Of a stretch of 64,000 nucleotides of DNA, positions 28,423 to 40,800 are shown piece after piece (positions within the stretch are counted from its first letter, which is position 1; every line of letters starts with the position of its first letter). Made by a program: the position numbers and the translations under genes. This DNA comes from an uncultured bacterium (GTDB lineage: Bacteria; UBA8481): assembly GCA_964499705.1 (NCBI GenBank), contig CAZCME010000001.1, positions 8,943 through 72,942 of the forward strand, in the 5' to 3' direction. The notes under the pieces were generated by a model. The model ran no database searches. It saw nothing but the letters and a program-made list of their open reading frames with translations, and was not told the DNA's origin.

Positions 28423-29019
28423 ATGCGGAGACGACACGATAACCTGAAAATGATATGTCTTATTTTCATGGCGCCCCTGCTGCTGGCCGCGGACTGCAAG
28501 GAACCGGAAATTTCACTTCCCTCCCACATTCGCTCCATCGCCATTCCCACGTTCGTCAACCGCACATCGCGGTCGGGCCTCGAACTGGACGTCACGCAGC
28601 GGGTTCTTAACGAATTCACGGCCTCGTCCAAGCTCGCGGTGACGCCGAATGTGTCCGAAGCCGATGCCATCATCATGGGCGAGATCTACGATTACCAGCG
28701 CACTCCGATATCCTGGGATCAGACGAATCGGATCGTGCAGTACAAGATCAAGATCCGGGCGCGGGTGAGCTTCGAGGATCGCACGACGGGACAAACGATC
28801 TGGCGCGTCGAGGACGTGGACGGGATCACGTCGTACTCGCAGATCGCCTCGCCTCCGGAGACGGAGGAATCGGGGATCTTCAAGGCAGCCGACGAACTGG
28901 CCCGCGACATCCTCTTTCTTGTCTTCGAGCAGCGCCAGTATTCGGAAGACGACCTGCTGTTCTCGGATAAGCGCGAGACATCGGGCGTGACTCCGGGCGC
29001 GGTCGAACGCCGCAGGTAG
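28423..29019 (+). CDS. lipoprotein, LptE-like (LPS-assembly lipoprotein) candidate
   Basis: Lipobox (..MAPLLLAADC..). Overall pattern (..IAIPTFVNRT......L...F.......V.P.....D..I.G.I..Y......) resembles LptE/RlpB. Sits immediately upstream of holA as in the conserved leuS-lptE-holA arrangement. The family call is from memory and synteny only. Confidence 0.45.
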   Translation: MRRRHDNLKMICLIFMAPLLLAADCKEPEISLPSHIRSIAIPTFVNRTSRSGLELDVTQRVLNEFTASSKLAVTPNVSEADAIIMGEIYDYQRTPISWDQTNRIVQYKIKIRARVSFEDRTTGQTIWRVEDVDGITSYSQIASPPETEESGIFKAADELARDILFLVFEQRQYSEDDLLFSDKRETSGVTPGAVERRR

Positions 29020-29042
29020 CAGCGGCTCCACGCGAGTACGCC

Positions 29043-30035
29043 TTGGCCACGGGCGCATCCCCAACCTTCCTGAACCGCGCCGCCGCGGAGCGGTGGTTCG
29101 ATCCAAAGGCTTCGCGTCGCAGCGTATTCCTTCTTGCCGGCTCAGACCTGATCGCGCTCCGTGAGCTCAAGCGAAAACTTATCCGGAACTTCGGCGGTGA
29201 GGATCCGCTCGGCCTGTCGCGGACGGAAGTGGACGCGGGCGACCTGTCTCCGGGGGAGATGATGGATCTTCTGGCGGAGCTGCCGCTTTTTGCCAGTTGC
29301 CGCGTGATCGTGGTTCGTTCCGCGGAAGAGCTGGCGGACGAGAAGAAATTTCCGGGCGCGCTCGCGACGATCGAGAAGCTCGATGAGTTGACGCTCCTGA
29401 TCCTGCTGATGGATGGATCGGCTAAAGAACTGGCCAGGCTGGACCTGGCGCAGAGATGCCTTGCAATGAAGACGGCGGCTTACTGCTATGCGCCGCGCGA
29501 CGACCGGGAAGCGGAGACATGGGTGAGGGAATTCGGCGCGAGGAATGGATTCAAGATGGACCTCGATGCGGCGAAATCGATTGTTCAGCTCGTCGGGAAC
29601 GATCCGGTGGAGCTGGCTCCGGAGATCGAGAAGGTCGCCTTCGCGACGGACGGGAAGATCAATGTCGCGTCGGTTCGGGAGAATCTTGTGTACCACCGGG
29701 AGCATCCTGTCTTCGACTGGGCGGAAGCGGTCATGAGTGGAAATCCGCGCGCGTTGCGATTGACGGCGCCCGCGACGGATTACGGCAAGGAGGGTGTTGC
29801 TGCGATCGGTGCCCTGGCTTCGAGGATCCAGGATCTCGACCGACTGGAGCGAGGCGAAAATCTTGGTTATTTCCCAAGGATCGCCGCGGAGAAATCGGTC
29901 CGGCTCTGGAGTGCGGAGCGGCGGAAGAACGCGCGTGAAATCCTGCTGGATCTTGATTTGGCGCTGAAATCCACGGCGCAGGAGCTGCATCTGGCCCGGA
30001 TAGAAATGGCGACACTTAAGATGATGGAAGCGTAG
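29043..30035 (+). CDS. holA: DNA polymerase III delta subunit HolA
   Basis: ..VFLLAGSDLIALRELKRKLI.., ..GEMMDLLAELPLFASCRVIVVRSAEEL.., C-terminal ..ILLDLDLALKST.. typical of HolA. Confidence 0.7.
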   Translation: MATGASPTFLNRAAAERWFDPKASRRSVFLLAGSDLIALRELKRKLIRNFGGEDPLGLSRTEVDAGDLSPGEMMDLLAELPLFASCRVIVVRSAEELADEKKFPGALATIEKLDELTLLILLMDGSAKELARLDLAQRCLAMKTAAYCYAPRDDREAETWVREFGARNGFKMDLDAAKSIVQLVGNDPVELAPEIEKVAFATDGKINVASVRENLVYHREHPVFDWAEAVMSGNPRALRLTAPATDYGKEGVAAIGALASRIQDLDRLERGENLGYFPRIAAEKSVRLWSAERRKNAREILLDLDLALKSTAQELHLARIEMATLKMMEA

Positions 30036-30230
30036 TCCATGTAAAAGGCTCCTGCCGGGGCGCTCCGCCAAGTCGGACACCTTCCTCAAAAATAGTTAAA
30101 CTTCCCCCATTGACAAAATAATCCAGGATAAAGTAAATTTATCTAAATCGGTTTAGTAAATCGGTTTTAGTCCTGCTTGTTGAGCGCTTTTAGTCATTAT
30201 TGTTTAGGTAAATAACGCGAGGAGGTTGCA

Positions 30231-30498
30231 TGTGACGCTGGAAATGAAACGAAACATGAGCGTTTTCCCGATTGCGTGTTTAGTGATAGGATGCCTGACA
30301 AGCTGCGGCCCTGTTCGGACTGTTGTCGTTCGCGTTGATGATCTTCGTTCAGATTTTATCGCTCTGGAGTCGAGTCTCGAGAACGAAACATGGCAGGAGC
30401 AACACAGTCGCCTGGATAAAAGAGAGAGCCATCGATCCGTCGCCGCCGCGCGCGTGTTGATCGTGGCCATGACCGCGCCGAGCGTGGGGAGGAGATAA
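30231..30498 (+). CDS. possible small lipoprotein (about 88 aa)
   Basis: aGGAGGt RBS 6 nt upstream of GTG 30231. Predicted lipoprotein signal MTLEMKRNMSVFPIACLVIGCLTSCG. Lies in an AT-rich island. No homology recognised. Confidence 0.3.
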
Positions 30499-30504
30499 GT
30501 CCGC

Positions 30505-31581
30505 ATGGTTAACAAGCAGAAGCCCGTCACGATAGAAATGGTCGCATCGCAGGCCGGCGTCTCCAAGACGACGGTCTCCTTCGTCCTCAACAATAATCCA
30601 TCCATCAGCGAAGCCACGCGCAAGAAGGTTCTGCAAATTGTCGACCAACTCGGCTACCAGCCCAACACCAACGCCCGGAATCTCTCCTCCAAGAAGACGC
30701 GAACGATCTGCATCGTCCTTCCCGAATTGGGACACATCTTCGAGGATCCCTACTTCGCCCGCGCCATCGGCGGTGTGTATGACGAAGTCGAAGCCGCGGA
30801 TTACCGGCTCATCCTGAAGAAAGCCTCGTTCGAATTCGCGAAGGACAAGGAATACCTGAACCTCTTCCGCCGGAAGGAAATCGCCGGAATGCTGTATGTC
30901 GGCTCCACGCTCGACGACCAGTACCTCGCCGAATTTGTCGACACCGGTTTTCCGTTCATTCTCGTCAACAGCTACCTGCCCGGGATCAACATCCCCTTCG
31001 TCATCTCGGACAACGTGACCGCGGCCTACGTCGCGACGCATCACCTGATCGAACTGGGTCACACGCGGATCGGGCATATCGCGGGATCCAGGAACACGAC
31101 GACGGCGATCGATCGGATCGCGGGATATCGAAAGGCGCTGGAGGAAGCCGGGATCGGCTTCGATCCCGACTTCATCGCCGAAGGCCACTACAACAAGAAC
31201 ATGGCATCGGCGGCGACGCGACGGCTCTTCGAGCTTTCCGAGCGGCCCACCGCGATCTTCGCCGGAAACGACATGATGGCGCTCGGCGTCCTGGACGCCG
31301 CTTCCACGCTCGGGCTCCGCGTTCCGGAAGATTGCGCTCTCGTCGGAGGCGACAACATCGAGATTTCGCAGTTCACGAATCCGCCCCTGACGACGATCGA
31401 TCAGCCGATCTACGAGGTCTCGCGGACGGCGATCCGGACGTTGTTCGAGCTCATCAGCGGGGAGATTCTCCCGTCGGAAGCGCGCAAGATGACCCCGACG
31501 CAGCTCATCGTGAGGAAATCCTGCGGCGCGAAATCGGGAGTGGAAAACGGAAAGAGGGTCGGAGCAGCCGGTGCCAAGTAG
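30505..31581 (+). CDS. LacI-family transcriptional regulator
   Basis: N-terminal HTH (..VTIEMVASQAGVSKTTVSFVLNNNPSISEATRKKVLQIVDQLGYQPNTNARNL..) and periplasmic-binding-fold C-domain (..ICIVLPEL.., ..IGHIAGS....DRIAGYRKALEEAGI..). Confidence 0.88.
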   Translation: MVNKQKPVTIEMVASQAGVSKTTVSFVLNNNPSISEATRKKVLQIVDQLGYQPNTNARNLSSKKTRTICIVLPELGHIFEDPYFARAIGGVYDEVEAADYRLILKKASFEFAKDKEYLNLFRRKEIAGMLYVGSTLDDQYLAEFVDTGFPFILVNSYLPGINIPFVISDNVTAAYVATHHLIELGHTRIGHIAGSRNTTTAIDRIAGYRKALEEAGIGFDPDFIAEGHYNKNMASAATRRLFELSERPTAIFAGNDMMALGVLDAASTLGLRVPEDCALVGGDNIEISQFTNPPLTTIDQPIYEVSRTAIRTLFELISGEILPSEARKMTPTQLIVRKSCGAKSGVENGKRVGAAGAK

Positions 31582-31836
31582 AATCGAAAGTACACACCGC
31601 ATGCCGGATCATGTGACACCTGTCATCTTGCCGTATGAAGCAACAAGTAAGAAAAAGTACACTGTGAATCGTTGGTCGCGTCGGTAATGAATCTTATGAT
31701 ACGCAGGGCGATTTTTTCATGAAGAACGATCGTCGCGGCACAGTGCATTTCATGAATCTATTCGCGGGAGAAAACAGGACGGTGCGGAGCAACTTGATGC
31801 GGGGCATGTCGGGGGCGACGGGACACGAATGATCTG

Positions 31837-34800
31837 ATGAAAACAAGGCGATCACCGTCGCAGCCTTCCTACGCTCTCCTCGCATCCCTCTTCCATCGAT
31901 TCATCCTCTTAGCATCTCTCTTCCTCGTCGTGACATCCGTGGAGGCATGGACTCTCGCCGATCAGCAGATGCCGACGTCCTGGGCCGGCCACTCGTACAC
32001 GCCGTCGCCCGGCGACTGGCGTTACTTCGGCGTCTATCAGGTGATGACCGACCGGTTCTACGACGGCAATCCTTCGAACAACACGGCGCATAATTATTCC
32101 ACCGACTTTGGCGCGCCCTCGGGCCAGCTTCCCACGGAAGGCAACCGCCGGACGATCGGCGGCGACTTCCAGGGCATGAAGGAGAACATCGACTACATCA
32201 AGTCGCTCGGTTACGACGCCATCTGGATCTCCAATCCGTTCATGGGCACCGAAGCCAACGGTTACGCGCCGACGACGTACAACTGCATCGACCCGAAGCT
32301 CGGCACGGTCCAGGAATTCCGCGATCTCGTCGACGCCGCGCACGCGCGCGGGATGTACGTCATTGTCGACATGGTCGGGAACCACTTCGCGAACTGGTTC
32401 ACCGATCACGCCTTCAACGGCGCCGGTTACGGCACTCCGACGTATGCCACGGATGCGTCCAAGCGTTACGGCGCGACCTTCAACGACGCGATCGGGGAGG
32501 GGAACTTCCACAACTACGGCAACATCTCGAACTGGAACGCGCCGTGGGACCTGGAGCACGGCGAACTGGTCGGACTTGACGACCTCATCACGGAAGACGC
32601 GTATGTCCGGAACTACGTCATCGACCACTACGTCAACATGATCAAGGCTTTCGACATCGACGGATTCCGCGTCGACGCGATCAAGCACGTGAACATCAAC
32701 GATTGGGCGTTGATCTGCTCCGGGATCCGCGCCGGAGCCGCCGCCGTAGGAAAGAGTAACTTCTACATGTTCGGCGAAGCCTTCTCCGGTTCGCACGACG
32801 CCGTCGGCTACTACACCGGCAACAAGGCCGGCACGGGCACGAAGATCATGAACGGCATGATGGACTACGCGATGTACCAGCAGGGTGTGCCGTGGATGCT
32901 CTTCAATGACCAGTGGGGCCTGAAAAACTGGGTCGCGGGAATGAACAACGCTTCGTACGACATGGGACAGGGGAACGGGACGACGGTGTGGAACTTCGGG
33001 AACATGAATGTCCACTTCGCCGACAACCATGACGTCGCGCGGTTTCTCTCGTCAGGAGACTGGGACAGGATGCTCTCGGTCCAGGGCATGCTGACGATGA
33101 TCGAGGGCCTGGGCGCGATGTACTACGGCGGCGAGCAGGCCTTCAACACGGCGGGGACGGACGGACGCGGGGCGTACGGCGCGCTGTACGATCATCCCTT
33201 CCAGTGGGACAACGCGGTCGGCGACAACGTCAATATGTCGTTCTGGTTGTATAAAAAGATCGCGAAGATGATGGCGGCGCGGCGACGCATCGGCGCCGGG
33301 CTCGGTACCGGAACGACGCTTCTGGATCCCCAGAACGGCATCTTCGCCTTCCGGCGCGGGAATGACGCCTTCGTCGCGATCAACGGCACGAACATGACGC
33401 AGTCGGCGACGTTCAACGTCGGGCTCTCAGGGACATGGACGAACCTCGTCGACGGATCGTCGGGTTCGGGCCCGAGCCTTGCGATTTCGCTTCCGAAGTA
33501 CGAAGTGGGCGTCTGGATCCGGAACATCGCGGATCCGGTTCTCGAGCCGATGGTGACGGATGTTTCTCCCGCCAACGGCGCCTTGACCGGCGCGACGACA
33601 TTGACGATCACCTTCGACCAGAACATGGATCCGGCATCGACGATCGCGGCGGCCTCGATCGCGCCGGATCCGGGCGGAACATGGAACGTGACCGGCGCGA
33701 CGCTGACGAGGACGGGGATGACGGTGCAACCGGGGGTCACGTACGTTGTGAAGGTCGCCAAGACCGCGACGAACGCGACCGGCAAGGCGATGTACGGCGG
33801 ATTCGTCTCGCGGTTCAAGGGGAGCTATTCTTCTCCCGTCGTCAACGGCAATGTCATTACGTTCAACTACCAGGGCGGAGCGACGGCCAAGGTTAAAGGA
33901 AACTGGGCGATTACGGGGGGATCGAACGGAGTCTACACGGCGGCTTACAACGCGGCGTGGACGGGCCCTGCCGTGGACATGATTCAGTCGAACGGTTTGT
34001 GGACCGCGACGATCACGCTGACGGAGAACACGGTCTTCGAGTACGGCTTCGAGATCAACGGCGCGTGGACGAACGATCCGGTGAACACGAATCATGCGGT
34101 AAACGGGAACGACAGGTTCACTTCCGGAGCGGGAACTCCTGCCGGTCCGGATTCCGTACCGCCGGTTTTCGGCGGTCTGACATCGGCGACGGACGCGGGG
34201 ACGAGCGGAAAAGTCAACCTCGCGTGGTCCGCCGCGACGGACACCTCGACGCCGATCAAGTACAACATCTTCTGGACCAATAACGCGGCGGATTCCGTCG
34301 CGAAGTCGTACGTCGACATGACCCCGAACGCGGTCGTTTCCAGCGCGACCTCGTACCAGGTGACGGGACTGACGAACGGCGCCCAGTACTGGTTTGTCGT
34401 CCGTGCCGAAGACGCCAAGACCGGAGCGGGCGGGCCGGGCGGCGGAAACCAGGAGACGAACCTCGTCGACAGGACTGCAACGCCGACAGGACTCGCTTCG
34501 CCGATCGTCAATGGCAATGTCGTGACGTTCGCGTTTTCGGGAGGCGGGCTCGGGAAGGTGAAGGGGAGCTGGATCGTGACGGGCGGGTCGAACGGGAACT
34601 ACACCGCCAACTACGATTCGACATGGAACGCGGGCGCGACGACGAACATGGTTCTTTCCGGATCGGTCTGGCGCTGCACGTTCACTCTTCCCGCCAACAC
34701 CACCTTCGAGTACGGATTCGAGATCGACAGCGCCTGGACGAACGATCCGTTGAACACGAATCATGCGGCGAACGGAAACGATAAATTCACGACGGGCGCC

Positions 34801-37800
34801 GCATCCAACGGAGACACGACGCCTCCATCCTTCGCAGGCCTGGCGACGGCGGTCGATTCCGGAACGGGCGGACGGGTATCCCTCGCATGGGCCGCCGGCA
34901 CGGATGCTACAGGCCCCGTCCGATACAACGTCTACTGGACGAACAGCGCCGCCGCGCAGGTCTCGAAGTCGTACGTCGACGGGACGCCCGATGCGACGAC
35001 GACATCGACGTCGTACCTCGCCAGTGGATTGACGAACGCGTCCCAGTACTGGTTCGTTGTCCGCGCGGAGGACTCCGCGTTCGGCAGCGGTCCCAACGGC
35101 GGCAACCAGGATACGAATCTCGTCGATCAGACGGCGACCCCCTCGGGCGCCTCCAACACGGCGCCTACCGCGAACGCCCAGAACACGACGACGCCGCAAA
35201 ACACGGCGAAGGTCATCACGCTGACGGGATCGGATCCCGAAGGGAGCTCGCTGACGTTCGCGATCGCGACGCAGCCTTCCAATGGAACGCTGTCGGCGAT
35301 CACCGCGATCAACGCGACGTCGGCGTCGGTGACGTACACGCCGAACACGAACTTCAACGGCAACGACGCTTTCACCTTCACGGTCAACGACGGCCTGCTG
35401 ACATCGGCGTCCGCCAATGTCGGCGTGAACGTCGTCTCGGGCGCGCGGCCGCCGATCTACATCTCCTTCCTCTGGCACATGCACCAGCCGAAGTACTGGC
35501 CGGACGAGCCGGCGACGGCGACGGAAGGGCGGACCGACTACGGATTCAGCATCCGGACGATCCACACGGACCGCACCGGGCCTTACACTTCGTGGCCGAT
35601 CGATGCGATCCAGAACGCGATGAACGCCGGTCTCGCAAACAGCGGAGCGCAAGTGACATTCACGGGATCCTTGACGGAAAACCTGAACGACTACGAGGCG
35701 GCCGGATGGGCTTTTGGCGGATGGAAGAACCGCTGGCGCGAAGGAATGCAATGGCGAACGGCGCTCAATAATCCCCGACTCGACATCACCCAGTTCCCTT
35801 ACTTCCACGTCCTGCAGCCGCTCATCGGCGACAAGTGGACGCGCGAGCACATCCGGCTGTTCCAGAACATGTACCAGGGAACGTTCTCCGCGGCGGCGCA
35901 ATCAAAAGGCATGTTCCCGACGGAGAATTGCGTCTCCGATTTCCTCATTCCGGCATGGAAGGACAACGGCATCGACTGGGTGATCGTGGACAATGTCCAC
36001 TTCGACCGCACGGCGCTGGGGTATCCTTGGAGCTCCGGCGGAAACCTGTACGAGATGAACGGCGCCGACATCCTCAATCCGAATCCGAACGACTGGGTCC
36101 AGTTGAATGGGCTCTGGGCTCCGACCAAGATCTCCGCCCGCTGGGGCCATCAGCCTCACTACATGCAGTACGTCGATCCGACGACCGGCACGGTCCGCAA
36201 GATGATCGCGGTGCCGGGATCGCGGTATCTCGGCAACGAGGATGCGCGCGGCGGGTACGGAGCGCTCCAGTATGACGCCGTCCTGTCGCAGCTCGAGCCG
36301 TTCAACACGGATCCGGCCCATCCGATCCTCGTCGTCCTGCCGCACGACGGCGACAACTACGGCGGCGGCACGGACGGGTATTATCACGGCAATTTCTCCG
36401 CGATGATCTCCTGGCTCCAGTCGAATCCCACGCGGTTCCAGTTGATCACGATCCAGGATTATCTCTCCATGTTTCCGCCGGACCAGAGCGACGTGATGCA
36501 CATCGAGCCGGGCGGATGGTCGGGCGCGGACAACGGCGATCCGGAATACAAGAAGTGGAACGGAGATCCGGCGGCGGACGGATACAGTCCGGACCGGAAT
36601 TCGTGGATGACGCTGATGGCGGCGGAGAACCGGGTCGAGCACGCGGAGCGGCTCCAGCCGACGAACGGCAACGTCGCGACGGCGATCCGGAAGATGATGG
36701 TCGGCATGACGTCCTGCTATTGGTACTGGGACGGCTCTCCGCCGTGGGACTACCACGTGACGCGCGCCTGCAACGAGGCGGTCGGGCTCGTCGATCCGAT
36801 CATCGCTGGCGGCGGCGCCGATCTCCAGCCGCCGACGGTCTTCCTGCCGCAGCGCGATCCGTACAATCCGGGCGGCAAGGAATGGAACATCCAGCAGGCC
36901 TCGAACCTGAAGGTCTTCACGCCGGCCTACGACGTCTCGGGCCTCCGGCGCGTCGAGCTGAAGTATCGCGTGGACGACGACGGGAATAATCCGATCGCCG
37001 ATGTCGCGAATGAGGTGTACGCGGGCGGCGCGGGTGTCGGCGCCTGGCAAACGCTCTCGATGACCGTCGATGCCTTCCCGGCGTCGCGGTCGAATCCGCA
37101 GCCGATCTATCGCGCCAACATCTACGCCGCGACGATAGACGGGACGAACCTGGCGAACAAGCTGGTGGATTATTACGTCGAGGCGGAAGACAACGCGGGG
37201 CTTATCACGAAGACCGTGATCCAGCATGTGAAGTGGGGCGGCACGGGTGGCGGCGGCGGCGGCACGACGATCTGGTCGCCCTCGGCGCCGACGTCATCGG
37301 ACACGATCACGGTGACGTGGACGAAAGCCAGCAAGCTCCATTGGGGCGTCAACAACTGGGTGGCGCCGAATGCGGTCTATTGGCCGGCGGGAAGCGTCGC
37401 GTGGGACGCTCAGTCGATCGAATCGCCCCTGGACGGCAGCTTCAAGATCGTGATCGGACCGTTCAATAATCCGGCCCAGACCGTGACGGAAGTGAATATC
37501 GTCTTCCACAACAACGACGGCACCTGGGACAACAACGGCGGACTCAACTGGAAGATTCCGATTCTCGTGGATACGGCGCCGCCCGCGCGTCCGGCGACAC
37601 CCATTCTCACCTCCGGCAATACGACGATCGATCTCACCTGGGCGGCCAATGGTGAAGCGGACTTGAACGGCTATCGCCTTTACCGCGCGCTCGCCGCCGC
37701 GGGACCGCACTCGCTCATCGCGACGCTCGCCAGGACCGCGACGACGTTCAACGACAGCGGGCTTTCGAACGGGACGACGTATCACTACGTATTACGCGCG

Positions 37801-40800
37801 TATGACAATGCGGCGAACACGTCGGACAGCTCGATCTCCACGTCGGCGACGCCGTCCGGCGTGGACGTCACTCCGCCGAGTATCACATCGGGCCTCTCGG
37901 CGCTCTCGCTACAGCAGGCGGTGCGGATTACGTGGAATCGCAATCTGGAATCCGACATGGATTCGTACGTGATCTTCCGCAGGACGAGCTCCGGCGTCTT
38001 CACGCAGGCGGCGCTGGCCGACAGCGTGACGTCGACATACACCGATACGGGGCTTTCGGCAGGGGAGACGTACACGTATCTGATCCGTGCGCGGGACCGT
38101 TCCGGCAATCTCGCGGACTCGTCCGCGACGGCGACGGCGGTTGCTCAGCCGAATACGCCGCCCGCGGCGCCGTCGGGCTTCTACGCTTTGCCGTGGGATT
38201 CCTCGGTACGGTTGCGGTGGAATCGGAACACGGAGGGCGACTTTGCGGGATACCGGGTCTTCCGCGCAGGTGTTACGGGCGGGCCCTACACGCAGATTTC
38301 CGGGTTGCTGACGGACACGCAGTTCACGGATTCGGGTCTTGCGAACGGGACGACGTATTTTTACGTTCTCGCCGCAGTGGATACCGCCGGCGGCCAGTCC
38401 TCCTATACCACAGAAGATTCAACGACGCCGCGCCCGCTCATCAATGTTCTCTTCCGCGTCGACGTCAACGGGCTTTCCGGCGTCACGATCGTCCGGATCG
38501 CCGGCGATCTCTTTACGCCCTCCTGGATCCCGACGGCCAATCCCCTGCGTGATCTTGGCGGCGGAATCTGGGGCGAGACCTTCGCGATGCCGATATCCAC
38601 GGCGCTTCAGTACAAGTACGTGACGAACGGCGCGAATTGGGAGAACGACTTCGCGACCGCTTCCGGCAAGCGCGAGATCACGGTTGTCTCTATGACTGCC
38701 GATTCGCGCATGTTCGTGAACAACAAGTGGAATGTCGCGGGCGATCCGGCGCCGACGTCGCCTCCGGGACTGCAGGCCACCGCCACGAGCCAGAAGGTGA
38801 CGCTGCGGTGGAGCAACTCCTTCGAGTACGACATCGTCGGATTCAACCTGTATCGTTCCACGACTTCGGGTTCGGGTTACTCGCTCATCGCGTCGCTCGG
38901 GACCGAGACGGGTTACAACGACACGAATGTGATCAACGGCGATACGTACTACTACGTGATGGCGGCGCGGGACCAGGTGGGACAGATCGGGCTTTTCTCC
39001 GCACAGGTCCAGGCGACGCCGGGCGCGAACCAGCCGCCCGCGGTTCCGAACGGGTTGAATGCGACGGCGGGTGATCGCCGCGTCACGCTCGTCTGGAACG
39101 CCAACGCGGAGGTCGATCTTGCCGGTTACCATCTTTATCGCGCGACGGTCGCAGGCGGGCCCTATGCGAAGATCAACACGGATACGATCCTCGGCACATC
39201 CTACGTCGACACCGGCGTCACGAACGGCGACACGTTCTATTATGTGCTAAGGTCGGTCGACATCTACGACTCGCAGAGCGCGTACTCCACGGAGGATTCC
39301 GCAACGCCTCGCGCTCCGGACACGACGGCGCCGCCGGTTCCGACCGGCCTTGTCGCGACTCCCGCTTCGGGCCAGGTCACGCTCAACTGGAACCACGTCG
39401 TCGCTGCCGACAGCACGGGCTACAATGTTTTCCGCGGGATATCCCCGTCGGGTCCTTTCGGCAAGATCAACGGGTCGCTTGCGTCGACGAACTCCTACGT
39501 CGATCTCACGGTCTCAAACGGCGTCTGGTACTACTACAACGTCCGGTCGGTCGATATGGTGAACAACCAGAGCGAATCGTCGGCGACCGTCTCGGCGCAG
39601 CCGCAGACCGCCGTCGGAGGAATCGAGGACCGGACGATCGACGGGAGCTTCTTCGACTGGAAGTACACGGACGTCCGTGCGCTCGACACATACGTCGACA
39701 ACAATTACCTCTGGTGGGACGGCTTTGCGAATCATCCGGTCGGGTACGATCCGAGCCGCGACCTGACTGCTGTGTACTCGCGCGAGGGAACTTCCGATTA
39801 TTTCTTCCGCGTCGATTTCCAGGATCTCGCGTTGGGCGTCGAGCAGACGAACATGAACCTGTATCTTGCGCTCGACTGGAATTCCGCGACAGGCCAGGCC
39901 TTCTTCCCCGACTTCGTCGACGCCCAGACGTCGCAACCGTGGGAGCTGATCATCGCGATCTACGACGGGGGCACGACAGGGAAGACTCTCTGGAAACCCG
40001 ACTGGACGACGATCGCGTCTCCGAATGTGCGCGCCTCGTTCAACAGTCAATGGGACGCGGTCGAGATCGCCGTGCCGAAATCGCACCTGACGAATCTCGG
40101 ATGGGTCTCGGGTCAGAAGATCCATCTCCAGGTCTTCACGACCCGCGACGGCACGAACAGCGGCGCGGGCGAGGTCGCGAGCCTGCCCGACATTACCGAC
40201 GCCATGCCCGACTCCTACACGCAGGACGCCTATTTGAACGGCGTCATCTCGACCGAGTCTACGGTCGGCCGCGCGAAGTATTCGGTCATCCTCCACGGCA
40301 ACCAGTCCCTTAACCCCGGCGGCGATATCAACAAGTGGATCTACGATGCTGTCGCGGTGACGCCGAACGGCAATCCGTCCGGCTATCACCGGGCGCTCCA
40401 GACGATGGAGCAATGCAACACGCCGGTGAACATTCACGTCTCCGGATCGCTCGCCGCCGTCATGGACATGGCGAACACGACGAACCCCCTGAACGACGGA
40501 CCGACATTCAACCAGCGGATTGCGGACTTCGTCGACGACGATTGGAACGACGGCCGCAAGGGTCACATCATCGGCGGCGTATACGCGGAGCACATCATGC
40601 CATATTTCCGCGACGACACATCGATCGGAATCACGATCAACTCCCGTGCGCAGGAACTCAAGACCGACGTCCTGACGAGTTTCTACTCCCTCTCCCGGCA
40701 TCCGAAGGTCTTCTGGATCCCGGAGCGCGTCGTCGATGGCCAGACGCTCGACAACGTCATCCTCGACCGCCGCACGAACACGCCGACCGGTTACACGACG

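Noticed and set aside
33427-37227. Long minus-strand ORFs (824 aa and 441 aa) overlapping the 5' part of the giant gene
   Set aside because: Arg/Pro/Gly-rich low-complexity translations antisense to a well-supported coding region with clear GH13/GH57 motifs. This is a typical high-GC antisense artefact.
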